DNA of 64,000 nt from Parcubacteria group bacterium GW2011_GWA1_40_21 (GTDB lineage: Bacteria > Patescibacteriota > Minisyncoccia > Phycocordibacterales > GWA1-40-21). The position numbers and the translations under genes were made by a program. Below are positions 48,564 through 58,939 of the stretch, piece after piece (position 1 is the stretch's first letter; every line of letters begins with the position of its first letter). The notes beneath the pieces were generated by a model. It was not told where the DNA came from and made no database searches. It was given only the letters and a program-made list of their open reading frames with translations. Location of the stretch: assembly GCA_000996205.1 (NCBI GenBank), contig LBYO01000001.1:3077-67076 (forward strand). Reading direction: 5' to 3'.

Positions 48564-50810
48564 ATGAGTAAAAATTTGAATAAGTTTCTAATTTCAGTTT
48601 TCGCGGTTTCAGCTATCGCATTCGGCGCTTTCCACAATGACACGAATGCCGGTTTTTGGGATTGGTTTAATTTAAATAAAAATAAGGTCAATAACGATTC
48701 CCAGCAAGCGGCGGCGGTAGCTAATGCTGATACGACATCTAGTTCGTCTTCCGTCAGCCTTACGGCAAAAACAGGCAACGCGCTTGATATAACTTCATCT
48801 TCCGCCAGCTTAAACGGCACGATTAATCCAAAAGGGGAGAATGTTTCCGTTTATTTCAAATACAGAAAAGAATCGGAATCAGCCGAAGCGACCAAAACTA
48901 CGGAATGGATGTCCACCGGCAGCAGATCAAACGATTTTGCCGCCATCGTTAAAATTTCCGGCTTATCTTTTGGAACAAAGTATGTTTACCGATTTTACGC
49001 GTATAATTATACAAGCGGGAAAACTATCTATGGCGACTTAAAGTATTTTACCACTAAAACATCAAGCGAATCGTCAAGTTCGGTCCAAAGCTCGTCTTCT
49101 TCCGTTTCCAGCGGAGCCAGTTCCAGCAGTTCTTCCGTTCAGCAATACACGCTTAAAGTGAAGATTTCCGGCGCCGGCAAGATAACAAGCAGCGGCGGTT
49201 CCGGTGTCATAAATTGCAAAAGAACTGTTGATTCAAAAGGAAAAACGGAAATTGGCGGCGATTGCAGTGTAAAATTCAACAAAGGAGAATCTGTCATTTT
49301 AACTCCGTCAACGCCAAGCACTCAATATGAATTCGCCACATGGGCTGATGATTGCAGGGCGGCTCAAAAAGTAACTTCTTGCACAATCAAAATGAGCGGC
49401 AACAAAACCGTTTCCGCCACCTTCAATAAGAAAGGATCGGCCAATAAAGAAACTGTATCCGTCTCGGTGAGAAAAACCGGCAAGGGCGTCGGCAAAGTAG
49501 TCAGCATAAACAGTTCAGGAAAAGAAATAAGCGGAATAAACTGCGGCAGTAATTGCAGCGAAAATTATGAGCAGATTTGCGAAATAACCGCAGGAGGCAG
49601 AGGCACAGGTACTGGTTGCAGTTTGGCTTACTTTAGAGCCGTCGCGGAAAAAGGCTCCACTTTTTCCGGCTGGGGCGGTGGTTGTCTGACTTTCAAAAAT
49701 GTTAAAGACCAATGCTATGTCACTTTGGACGGCGACAAAACCATAAATGCCAGCTTCAGCGAAGGAATCGACAATAAGGAAGGGAAATATTATGACCTTA
49801 CGGTTACCGTATCCGAAGGCGGAAATGTTGCCAGTACCGACGGTAAAATCAATTGCAGTTCCGGCAATTCTCCCTGCGCGCACAGTTACGGCAAGAACGG
49901 CACGGTTACTTTGAAAATTACTCCCGACAGTGGATACGCTTTAGGCGAGTATTCCGGTTGCAGTAAAAGCGGAAATGTCCAAAACAACATTCTCACTTGC
50001 AAAACGAAGATGACCCAAAACAGAAATGTGAATGTTAGTTTTAAGGCGTCGGGAACATCTTCTTCCAGCTCGTCATCCAAAGCCTCTTCTTCCTCAACGG
50101 GTTCATATTCAACAGTAACCGGATCCGCGAGCAAAATAACTTCAACTTCCGCCACCCTAAACGGCACAATCACTCCGAACGGGAACAGTCTTTCTTATAT
50201 CTTTGCTTATCGCAAAAACAGCGAAAGTTCATCGGCAACCAAGTACGTTCCCTCCAACACCTATACGTCAATCGGTAGCACTTCAGGCGATGTCTCCGTA
50301 AGCGCCGACATTTCCGGATTATCATCGGGGACGAAATATATTTATAGACTTTACGTATGGAATTCTAAAACAGAAAAAGTTACCAGCGGATTAGTAAAAT
50401 ATTTTACCACTTCATCAAGCGAATCTTCCAGCTCCAGCTCGTCTTCTTCCGTTTCCAGCGGTTCTGCCGGTTCGGTGGACTTAAAAGTCAGAGAGGTAAA
50501 GGAAAATGACCAATATGGCGATTATAGCGATTCAATTACATTGAATAACGCCAATTCCCGCGGAACAGAGTCCGCTGAATTAAAATGGACCGTTTCTAAC
50601 GTTAAAAATTGTTCTTTGTCTTACGGTTCCAACGCCAAAGAACTTTCCAATACGCCGGATTCAACTAACATAATTGCAAATTCCGGAAAAGCGTATAGAA
50701 CACCGGACTATACTGTTAATACATCTTCTCGCCAAACGGCGACTTACACGCTCAATTGCGCCGATACTAACGGCAATTCGTTAAGCGATTCGGCTAGCGT
50801 AACTTATTAA
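48564..50810 (+). CDS. Secreted modular surface protein (2 FN3-like and 3 Cys-containing InlB-B-like repeats, Ser linkers)
   Basis: Signal peptide; duplicated ITS.SA.LNGTI.P.G...ISGLS.GTKY.YR domain; three INC...C...W/Y.G.C...V.A.F units. Confidence 0.75.
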   Translation: MSKNLNKFLISVFAVSAIAFGAFHNDTNAGFWDWFNLNKNKVNNDSQQAAAVANADTTSSSSSVSLTAKTGNALDITSSSASLNGTINPKGENVSVYFKYRKESESAEATKTTEWMSTGSRSNDFAAIVKISGLSFGTKYVYRFYAYNYTSGKTIYGDLKYFTTKTSSESSSSVQSSSSSVSSGASSSSSSVQQYTLKVKISGAGKITSSGGSGVINCKRTVDSKGKTEIGGDCSVKFNKGESVILTPSTPSTQYEFATWADDCRAAQKVTSCTIKMSGNKTVSATFNKKGSANKETVSVSVRKTGKGVGKVVSINSSGKEISGINCGSNCSENYEQICEITAGGRGTGTGCSLAYFRAVAEKGSTFSGWGGGCLTFKNVKDQCYVTLDGDKTINASFSEGIDNKEGKYYDLTVTVSEGGNVASTDGKINCSSGNSPCAHSYGKNGTVTLKITPDSGYALGEYSGCSKSGNVQNNILTCKTKMTQNRNVNVSFKASGTSSSSSSSKASSSSTGSYSTVTGSASKITSTSATLNGTITPNGNSLSYIFAYRKNSESSSATKYVPSNTYTSIGSTSGDVSVSADISGLSSGTKYIYRLYVWNSKTEKVTSGLVKYFTTSSSESSSSSSSSSVSSGSAGSVDLKVREVKENDQYGDYSDSITLNNANSRGTESAELKWTVSNVKNCSLSYGSNAKELSNTPDSTNIIANSGKAYRTPDYTVNTSSRQTATYTLNCADTNGNSLSDSASVTY

Positions 50811-51049
50811 ACTTGAAGGCAAACAAAAGCAGGTTAGATTGAGGTAATACAAAAATCGCCAGCCTCGGCTGGCGGTTTTTGTTTGCCTGATAAAGGCGCT
50901 CTGCCGTATTAAATTACTGAAAATAAACATAAAATGTGTATCTTAATTCAGCGATAGCAGAAATAGCGCAGGATTTTTAAAACATAAAATGCGGGCTCAA
51001 GGATTTTTTTATCTAAAATTTTGATGTAATATAGACTTATAAAAATAAT

Positions 51050-52354
51050 ATGAAAAATGTTGATTTGAGTAAAATTAAAAAGGCGCATTTTACGGGGATA
51101 GGGGGGGTAGGAGTTTCGGCGATTGCCAGAATGATGCTGGCGGAAGGAAAAATTGTGAGCGGGTCGGATGTTTCGGATTCGGCGATAATTGATGAATTGC
51201 GAAAACTTGGGGCGAAAATTTTTATCGGGCACAGCGCCGACAATGTCGCCAATGATGTTGATTTGCTTGTCTACACTCCGGCTGTCACGGCCGACAATCT
51301 GGAATTAAAAAAAGCCGCCAAATTGGACATCCCTACGCTTTCTTATCCGGAAATGCTCGGACTTATTTCCAAAGATAAATATACTATCGCCGTCTCCGGC
51401 GCGCACGGCAAGACCACGACGACGGCGATGATTGCGAAAATTCTTATTGACGCCGGACTTGACCCGACTGTTATCGTCGGCAGTTTATTGAAAGATCAAG
51501 GAAGCAATTTTGTGGCGGGCAAAAGCGAGTATTTTGTGGTGGAAGCTTGCGAATACAAAAAATCTTTTCTTAATCTTAATCCGAAAATTATCGTCATCAC
51601 TAACATAGACAATGACCACTTGGATTATTACGGCAATTTGGAAAATATTAAAAAAGCGTTCGGCGAATTCGCGGCGAAATTGCCAAAGGAAGGGTATCTG
51701 GTTTGTGATCCAAACGATGAAAATTTGAAAGACATAATTAAAGAGGCAAAATTTAAAATAATAGATTACACGAAAGTAAACAATAATTTTAATTTAAAAA
51801 TTCCAGGCGAGCACAATATAAAAAACGCCCAAGCGGCGATAGTGGCGGCGGAAATTTTGGGAGTTTATTCTAAAAAAGCGGAAAATTCTTTGGAAAGTTT
51901 TGAAGGAACATGGCGGCGGTTTGAATTTAAAGGCGAAACGAAAAACGGCGTTTTTGTTTACGACGATTACGGCCATCACCCGACGGAGATAAAAGCGACC
52001 TTGAAAAGCGCGAGGGAATTGTATCCAAAAAATAAAATTATTGCCGTGTTTCAGCCCCATCTTTACAGCCGGACGAAGAGACATTTGGCTGAATTTGGAA
52101 AAAGTTTCAAAGATGCTGATCTGGTCGCCGTTTCTCCGATTTACGCGGCGAGAGAGAAAAATGACTCCAGTATTAATTCGGAAATGCTGGCGGAAGAAAT
52201 TAAGAAAAATAATCAAACGGCCATTTGCTTCAATAATTTTTCTGAAATTGAAAAATACATAATTGCAAACACCGATAAAAACAATGTTGTCATCACGATA
52301 GGCGCCGGAGATGTTTATAAAATCTCTGACAGTCTGATTGTTTCAAAATTATAA
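51050..52354 (+). CDS. murC: UDP-N-acetylmuramate-L-alanine ligase
   Basis: GIGGVGVS, GAHGKTTT, DHLD, DDYGHHPTE, FQPH. Confidence 0.96.
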   Translation: MKNVDLSKIKKAHFTGIGGVGVSAIARMMLAEGKIVSGSDVSDSAIIDELRKLGAKIFIGHSADNVANDVDLLVYTPAVTADNLELKKAAKLDIPTLSYPEMLGLISKDKYTIAVSGAHGKTTTTAMIAKILIDAGLDPTVIVGSLLKDQGSNFVAGKSEYFVVEACEYKKSFLNLNPKIIVITNIDNDHLDYYGNLENIKKAFGEFAAKLPKEGYLVCDPNDENLKDIIKEAKFKIIDYTKVNNNFNLKIPGEHNIKNAQAAIVAAEILGVYSKKAENSLESFEGTWRRFEFKGETKNGVFVYDDYGHHPTEIKATLKSARELYPKNKIIAVFQPHLYSRTKRHLAEFGKSFKDADLVAVSPIYAAREKNDSSINSEMLAEEIKKNNQTAICFNNFSEIEKYIIANTDKNNVVITIGAGDVYKISDSLIVSKL

Positions 52355-52482
52355 TTACATTATCCTAATTTCTTAAAAACCTACCACCCCACCTCATCGG
52401 CGGGCAAGCTACAACCTTCAGTTCATTGATATTTTTCATTTATGCCGTAGAATTGTCTTATAAATTATTTTTTTAAATTATT

Positions 52483-52767
52483 ATGTCAAAAATTTCTCTT
52501 ATTTTTTCACTGGGAATAATCACTGCCGTTTTGTCGGAAACAGGTTTCTCGAGCTTATGGAAAACAATATTCTATGCGGTATTAGGAGTCGCTGTTTCAA
52601 TCATCGCGCTACTTATCAGAAAGGAAATAAATTCTTTGAGACGAGCGCTTAAAGGCAAAGAACACACAATCACTGATTCCTTTGTCCAGAATAGCCATAT
52701 TGATACTTACGGCAGAGCGGGGAAGACCGCAAGTGAGGGTCATACCGGACACAATATAGCTAATTAA
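52483..52767 (+). CDS. Small hypothetical membrane protein
   Basis: Two TM segments. Confidence 0.6.
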   Translation: MSKISLIFSLGIITAVLSETGFSSLWKTIFYAVLGVAVSIIALLIRKEINSLRRALKGKEHTITDSFVQNSHIDTYGRAGKTASEGHTGHNIAN

Positions 52768-52873
52768 CCCCGAATTACGAAATGCTAAAATTTAGGTCTG
52801 GTTGAGCAAAAACATTTAAAAACAAATAGCTTTTGCGACCCGAGGACCTGAATTTTAGCATTTCGTAATTCGG
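52768..52873 (+). repeat. ~110-bp hairpin MITE-like repeat, copy 3
   Basis: CCCCGAATTACGAAATGCTAAAATT...AATTTTAGCATTTCGTAATTCGG. Confidence 0.9.
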
Positions 52874-52909
52874 AATAATTAAGATTTATCTGAAAAATAA
52901 AGGCTAATA

Positions 52910-54073
52910 ATGATAATTATAAATAAATACTTTTTCGCGGGCGTGGCGATCACCGGCTCTTTTTCTTTGGCTTATTTTGTTTTCCCTTCTATATTTTCGA
53001 TAAGTTACAAGCTGGCTGTTTTGCCTGGGGCGGGGATTTCCGCCGAAGGGGAATTTGCCGTTCCGGTCAAAAAAATTATTTCTCACTTGACTACGCCTTC
53101 TCAAGTCAAAGCTATATATATGACCAATTGGGTAGCGGGCGATAAAAAACTTAGAAGCAGTCTTGTGAAAATCGCCGATGATACCGAGATAAATTCCATT
53201 GTCATAGACATCAAAGACTACACAGGAAGAATCGGGTTTGAAGTTTCCGATCCGCTTTTGAAAGAGCTTGGAGCTTACGAGAGAAGAATAGCCGACATAA
53301 AAGAGTTCATAGAAGAATTGCATAAGAAAAATATTTATGTGATAGGGAGAATATCCGTTTTTCAAGACAAATATTTGGTAGGCAGACGGCCGGACCTTGC
53401 GGTCAGACGAAAGAGCGATGGGGGAGTTTGGAAAGATTTTAAAAACATAAGCTGGCTTGACCCGGGCTCAAAGGAAGTGTGGGGCTATATCGCGGCTTTG
53501 GCTAAAGAATCTTACGGCGTCGGTTTTGACGAGCTGAATTTTGATTATATAAGATTTCCTTCCGACGGAAATATGAAAGATATTTCTTATCCTTGGAGTA
53601 ATGGAAAAGCAAAGTCGGAAGTCATCAAAGATTTTTTTGCTTATTTACGCGAGAATCTCGGAAACATCGGAGCGCCTCTTTCGGCGGATCTTTTTGGAAT
53701 GACTACCACGAATACCGATGATATGAATATCGGGCAGAATCTTGAGAACGCTCTCAAATATTTTGACTATGTGTCGCCGATGGTATATCCGTCGCATTAT
53801 CCCAAGGGATTTAATAATTATCCGAATCCCGCCACGAAGCCTTATGAAGTGGTCAAATTCGCGATGGATAGCGCCGTGAATAGGGCAATGAATGCCACTA
53901 CCACCCCTCGCAAGCTTAGACCATGGCTTCAAGATTTTAATCTGGGCGCGACTTACGACGCACCGATGGTCCGCGCGCAAATACAGGCGACTTATGACAG
54001 CGGGCTTGATAGCTGGATGCTCTGGAACGCTTCCAATAGATACACGAGCGCGGCCCTTGACAATCAAGATTGA
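52910..54073 (+). CDS. Putative glycoside hydrolase (DUF4015-like TIM barrel)
   Basis: VIDIKD..G, GFDELNFDYIRFP, SPMVYPSHY, RPWLQDF. Confidence 0.8.
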   Translation: MIIINKYFFAGVAITGSFSLAYFVFPSIFSISYKLAVLPGAGISAEGEFAVPVKKIISHLTTPSQVKAIYMTNWVAGDKKLRSSLVKIADDTEINSIVIDIKDYTGRIGFEVSDPLLKELGAYERRIADIKEFIEELHKKNIYVIGRISVFQDKYLVGRRPDLAVRRKSDGGVWKDFKNISWLDPGSKEVWGYIAALAKESYGVGFDELNFDYIRFPSDGNMKDISYPWSNGKAKSEVIKDFFAYLRENLGNIGAPLSADLFGMTTTNTDDMNIGQNLENALKYFDYVSPMVYPSHYPKGFNNYPNPATKPYEVVKFAMDSAVNRAMNATTTPRKLRPWLQDFNLGATYDAPMVRAQIQATYDSGLDSWMLWNASNRYTSAALDNQD

Positions 54074-54146
54074 TTTATATTAAGCCAAAACCGACATCAC
54101 ATGTCGATTTTGGCTTTTTGTGAAAGGCGAGTATAATTTCAGCAAG

Positions 54147-55985
54147 ATGAGCAACAATAGAATCACATATTTTGCGGAGACGGACGCGAGGAACAAAAGA
54201 ACTCCTTTTGGAATAAGAGAAAATGACAGAAGCCGGCATTTGTATGTCATCGGCAAAACAGGTATGGGCAAGTCAACCCTGCTTGAAAATATGGCTGTTC
54301 AGGATATTCAGAACGGAGAGGGTATGGCGTTCATTGACCCGCACGGAAAGACGGCGGAGCTTCTCTTGAATTATGTCCCGCAAGAAAGAATCAAGGATGT
54401 TTTGTATTTCGCGCCGTTTGATATGGAACATCCGATTTCTTTCAATGTGATGGAAGATGTCGGATATGACAAACGACATTTGGTAGTGAGCGGACTTATG
54501 AGCACTTTCAAAAAAATCTGGCAGGACGCGTGGTCGGCGAGAATGGAATATATTTTGAGCAATACGATTTTGGCGCTTCTTGAGTATCCTGGCGCGACTC
54601 TTCTCGGTGTGAACAGAATGCTTGCTGACAAAGATTATCGCAAAAAGGTTGTGGACAATATCAAAGACCTGTCGGTCAAGTCTTTCTGGGTGGACGAATT
54701 CGCCAAATATACGGACAGATTCGCCGCCGAAGCCACACCGGCGATTCAAAACAAAATCGGGCAATTTACTTCTAACCTGCTTATAAGAAACATTGTCGGT
54801 CAGGAGAAATCTTCTTTTGATATCAGGAAGATTATGGACGAAAAGAAGATACTCATAATCAACTTATCCAAAGGAAGAGTGGGCGAAGTCAACGCCAATC
54901 TTCTCGGCAGTATGCTCATAACGAAAATTTATCTCGGAGCGATGTCGCGCGCCGATGCTTCCCCCGGCGAGCTTCACAAGCTCCCAAACTTTTATCTTTA
55001 TGTTGACGAGTTCCAATCGTTCGCTAATGAATCATTTGCCGATATTCTCTCCGAAGCCAGAAAATACAAGTTTAGCTTGACGATAGCGCATCAATACATA
55101 GAGCAGATGTCAGAGGAAGTCAGAGCCGCTGTCTTTGGAAATGTCGGTACAATGATTTCTTTCCGAGTCGGCGCTTTTGACGCGGAAATACTGGAGAAAG
55201 AATTCGCGCCGCAATTCACAGCTGAGGATATGGTAAATTTAGGATTCGCGCAAATTTATTTAAAACTCATGATTGATGGCGTTTCTTCCTCTCCTTTTTC
55301 CGCCGTCACTATGCCTCCGATAGCCGAACCGGAAATTTCTTTCAAACAAGATATTGTTGATAGCTCAAGAGGGCAATTCGGAAGGCCGAGAACTACCGTT
55401 GAGGAAGACATCAGAAAATGGCATGAGGTTGAGCCGAAAACAGCCGATGTATCGCGCGCGCCATTTTCAAAAAGAGAATTTAAGCCGGCAGACAGACCTT
55501 ATCCGCCGAAGACGGCTTTCAGCGCCAGCCGTTTTCCCGCCGGTGAAAGCGAGGATAGACAAAAAAGAGAGCCTGCTGATTTCAAGCCAAACAATTATTT
55601 CAAGAAAGACGATGTTCCTAAATACGATAATCGGCCGAAGATTTCTGAAGAAAATTTTGAAAAACCGCAAAGCGATGATTTCGTGCCATTGAAATCGTTT
55701 AAAAATGTTGCACCTCCGACTCCGGCGGTTCCGCGCGCGCAAATTGATATTTCCATAAAAAGGACTGACGAAAAGACGGTTTACAAGCCCGAGCCGAAAA
55801 AAATTACGGAAGAAAACAAAAATCTTCTTAAGGAGGCTCTTCAATCGGCGCTAAAAACGGCTATCCCCAAGAACGATACGGAAAAAGAAAAGAGTCATCC
55901 TCCATCAAATCACAATGTTCAAAACAGCCAGCCCAAAGAAATTTCCGAAGAAACTCTTAGGAAGATGCTTGAGGTCAAAGAATAA
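54147..55985 (+). CDS. VirD4/TraD/HerA-like ATPase
   Basis: HLYVIGKTGMGKS, IDPHG, LYVDEFQ, SEARKY, AHQY; low-complexity C-terminal tail. Confidence 0.85.
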   Translation: MSNNRITYFAETDARNKRTPFGIRENDRSRHLYVIGKTGMGKSTLLENMAVQDIQNGEGMAFIDPHGKTAELLLNYVPQERIKDVLYFAPFDMEHPISFNVMEDVGYDKRHLVVSGLMSTFKKIWQDAWSARMEYILSNTILALLEYPGATLLGVNRMLADKDYRKKVVDNIKDLSVKSFWVDEFAKYTDRFAAEATPAIQNKIGQFTSNLLIRNIVGQEKSSFDIRKIMDEKKILIINLSKGRVGEVNANLLGSMLITKIYLGAMSRADASPGELHKLPNFYLYVDEFQSFANESFADILSEARKYKFSLTIAHQYIEQMSEEVRAAVFGNVGTMISFRVGAFDAEILEKEFAPQFTAEDMVNLGFAQIYLKLMIDGVSSSPFSAVTMPPIAEPEISFKQDIVDSSRGQFGRPRTTVEEDIRKWHEVEPKTADVSRAPFSKREFKPADRPYPPKTAFSASRFPAGESEDRQKREPADFKPNNYFKKDDVPKYDNRPKISEENFEKPQSDDFVPLKSFKNVAPPTPAVPRAQIDISIKRTDEKTVYKPEPKKITEENKNLLKEALQSALKTAIPKNDTEKEKSHPPSNHNVQNSQPKEISEETLRKMLEVKE

Positions 55986-56192
55986 ATGATTAAAATATTA
56001 GGGAACATTCTGTGGGTATCAGATACCCACAGATACAATAATTCAAAGTAAAATAAATTAAATGATTTTTCTAATAGTGCTTATCTTTATAACTACCTTC
56101 TCCATTTTTGCCGTTCTTCATGTTAGAAATTCTGACGAAACAGAGGTTGAGATGTCTGGATTTGACATAAAAATAATAGAATAATTTGCAAT

Positions 56193-57371
56193 ATGAAAAA
56201 TGAAATTTCAAAACAGTCAACCAAAAGAATACTGATTTTTTCAATCGCCTATATTCCTTTCGTGGGGGGTGCCGAACTGGCGGTGAAGGAAATTACGGAC
56301 AGAGTAAACGATTTGGAGTTTGATATGATAACTTTGAGATTCAATAAAAATTGGCCGAAATTTGAGAAGATAGGGAATATCAATGTTTACAGAATATCTT
56401 CGCCAAAATTATTTTTCCCTTTCGCCGCATTTCTCAAGGCGATAAGGCTTAATATGAAAAGACGATATTGTCTTGTTTGGTCTATTATGGCGAATAGGGC
56501 GGGCTATGCCGCTTTGTTTTTTAAATTGACTCATCCGAGAGTGAAATTTCTGCTCACGCTTCAAGAGGGCGACACGACCGATTATCCGAAAAAGCGGGCC
56601 GGTTTTATCTGGCTTTTTGTCGGATTTTTGTTTAGAAAAATTTTTACGAAAGCGAATTGCGTTCAAGCGATCAGCAATTATCTTGCTGGCTGGGCCAGAA
56701 GTATGGGCAATAATGATTGCGTTGAAATTATCCCGAATGGAATAGACACGGAAAAGTCTCTAAAGTCCGTAAAGTCGAAAGCCCATAAAGTCGAAAACAA
56801 AAGTCCAAGAATAATAATCACGACATCAAGATTGGTGCCGAAAAACGGGATTGATATTCTTATTGAAGCCATATCAATATTGAAAAAAGAGGGACTGTCG
56901 GGGGAAATCCAATGTCAGATTTTAGGTAGCGGTCCGGAAGAAGAGAAGCTGAAAGAGCTTACAAGAATTTTGGGACTTTCTGACGAGGTTGTCTTTCTTG
57001 GACACATTGATCCGGAAGTCGTTTACACTTACCTCGCCAATGCTGATATTTTTGTAAGACCATCCCGCTCTGAAGGGTTAGGTAGTTCTTTTTTGGAAGC
57101 TATGGGAGCCGGTCTTCCCATCGTCGGCACGGCTGTTGGCGGTATCCCGGACTTTTTAAAGGACCCAGCCGATGTTGGTGCGGACAAAGCCACCGGACTT
57201 TTTGCTAAAGTTGATGACCCTAATGATTTAGCTGATAAAATAAGAATGCTTGTGAACGATGATAATTTTTCCCAAACGATTGCTTGGAATGGCAAAAAAC
57301 TGGCCACCGAAGAATATTCTTGGGATAATGTAGCGGATAAAATGAGTTTGATTTTTAGCAGACTTTGTTAA
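56193..57371 (+). CDS. Glycosyltransferase family 4
   Basis: GGAE, IPNG, PSRSEGLGSSFLEAM. Confidence 0.92.
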   Translation: MKNEISKQSTKRILIFSIAYIPFVGGAELAVKEITDRVNDLEFDMITLRFNKNWPKFEKIGNINVYRISSPKLFFPFAAFLKAIRLNMKRRYCLVWSIMANRAGYAALFFKLTHPRVKFLLTLQEGDTTDYPKKRAGFIWLFVGFLFRKIFTKANCVQAISNYLAGWARSMGNNDCVEIIPNGIDTEKSLKSVKSKAHKVENKSPRIIITTSRLVPKNGIDILIEAISILKKEGLSGEIQCQILGSGPEEEKLKELTRILGLSDEVVFLGHIDPEVVYTYLANADIFVRPSRSEGLGSSFLEAMGAGLPIVGTAVGGIPDFLKDPADVGADKATGLFAKVDDPNDLADKIRMLVNDDNFSQTIAWNGKKLATEEYSWDNVADKMSLIFSRLC

Positions 57372-57556
57372 AACACTTTAAATTATGAGACGGCTTAAAT
57401 TATTCGTTCGCATCTTTTTCCCGCCATTCCAGCTAATCCAAAATATTTTGTGCATTCTGTGGGTATCAGATACCCACAGACATCTACGGACATACAGACA
57501 CAGATGAACAGAAAAGACCCTTTCGCAATTCAAAGTAAAATAACTTTTGATTTAAT

Positions 57557-58789
57557 ATGAGAAAAGAAAGAGAAAAAAATATTTGCAACCTTTTAGATAA
57601 AGCTAATTTCGAAAATGGCAGTTTAAGAGTGTTGGTTATCGGCACGGATAGGAATATTTTCAAGGCGGGTAGCGCCGTAAGGGATAGAATGATTGAGTAT
57701 GGGAAATTATTCCAACAACTTCACATAATTATATTTACAAAAAGATTTCAGAAATTCAAATCGGAGAAAATATCTGAAAATGTCTGGATATATCCGACAA
57801 AATCTTGGACTAGATTATGCTATCCGTTCGGGGCCGTCAGAGTCGCCAAGAGGGAATTTGGCGAATTACTGCCGGAGATGATTGATGTTGTATCTGCCCA
57901 GGATCCTTTTGAGACAGGCATTGCCGGATGGCTCATCGCGAGAAAATTCCACTTGCCCCTGCAACTGCAGATACACACGGATTTTTTGAGCCCGTATTTT
58001 TGGAAGGAATCTTTCTTGAATAAAATCAGGGTTATAATCGGAAAATTTTTAGTAAAAAGAGCCGATTGCCTCCGCGTTGTCTCAAATAGAATCAAAAACT
58101 CTTTACTAAAATCTAAAACCTTCCCACCCCGCCTACAACCTAGTATAACCGTTCTGCCGATTTTCGTTGACACAGATAAGATAAGAAACACTCCGACTAA
58201 TTTTGATGTCCGCAAAAAATATCCGCAGTTTTCTTTTATTATAATGATGGCTTCCCGGCTAGAAAAAGAGAAAAATATCAATTTGGCGATTGAGGCTATG
58301 AAGGATCTCGCGCGCAGTTATCCTAAAATCGGAATGGTTATCGTCGGCGATGGAAAAGAAAAGAAGAATCTGGAGCGCCTTGCCGCTAAATACAGCCTTC
58401 AAAAAAATATTATTTTTGAAGGCTGGCAGAATGATTTGATTTCTTATTACAAAACAGCCAATGTCTTTCTATCTACTTCTTTGTATGAAGGATATGGACT
58501 TACTATCGTTGAGGCGCTTGCCTCTGGCTGTCCTGTCGTCTTTTCTGATGTCGGCATAGCGAGCGAAGTTATTTCTGAAGGAGAAAGCGGTTTTGTTTGC
58601 TCCGTGAACGATAAAAATTGTTTTGCAAGAAGAATTCAAGAGATTATGGAAATACCGGGTCTGAAAGAAAGATTGGGAATCAATTCCAAAATGTCAATAA
58701 GCGAAAAATTAGTCGCGACCAAAGAAGAATATCTGTCAAAATATAAGCAGGCTATGGAGGAATGCCTGAAGAAGGATACAGAGAGATAA
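57557..58789 (+). CDS. Glycosyltransferase family 4
   Basis: SRLEKEKN, EGYGLTIVEALASGCP. Confidence 0.9.
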   Translation: MRKEREKNICNLLDKANFENGSLRVLVIGTDRNIFKAGSAVRDRMIEYGKLFQQLHIIIFTKRFQKFKSEKISENVWIYPTKSWTRLCYPFGAVRVAKREFGELLPEMIDVVSAQDPFETGIAGWLIARKFHLPLQLQIHTDFLSPYFWKESFLNKIRVIIGKFLVKRADCLRVVSNRIKNSLLKSKTFPPRLQPSITVLPIFVDTDKIRNTPTNFDVRKKYPQFSFIIMMASRLEKEKNINLAIEAMKDLARSYPKIGMVIVGDGKEKKNLERLAAKYSLQKNIIFEGWQNDLISYYKTANVFLSTSLYEGYGLTIVEALASGCPVVFSDVGIASEVISEGESGFVCSVNDKNCFARRIQEIMEIPGLKERLGINSKMSISEKLVATKEEYLSKYKQAMEECLKKDTER

Positions 58790-58939
58790 TCAATTTCTAA
58801 TTTCTAATTAAATCCCAAAAACAAAGGCAATTTTTAAACGGACTTGGATGTTTCGTTTCCAAGTAGAACCGATATCATACGTTGGTTTGACTGAGCTGAA
58901 AACTAGAAAAAAGGGTAATTTTCGTTTATTATAATAAAT

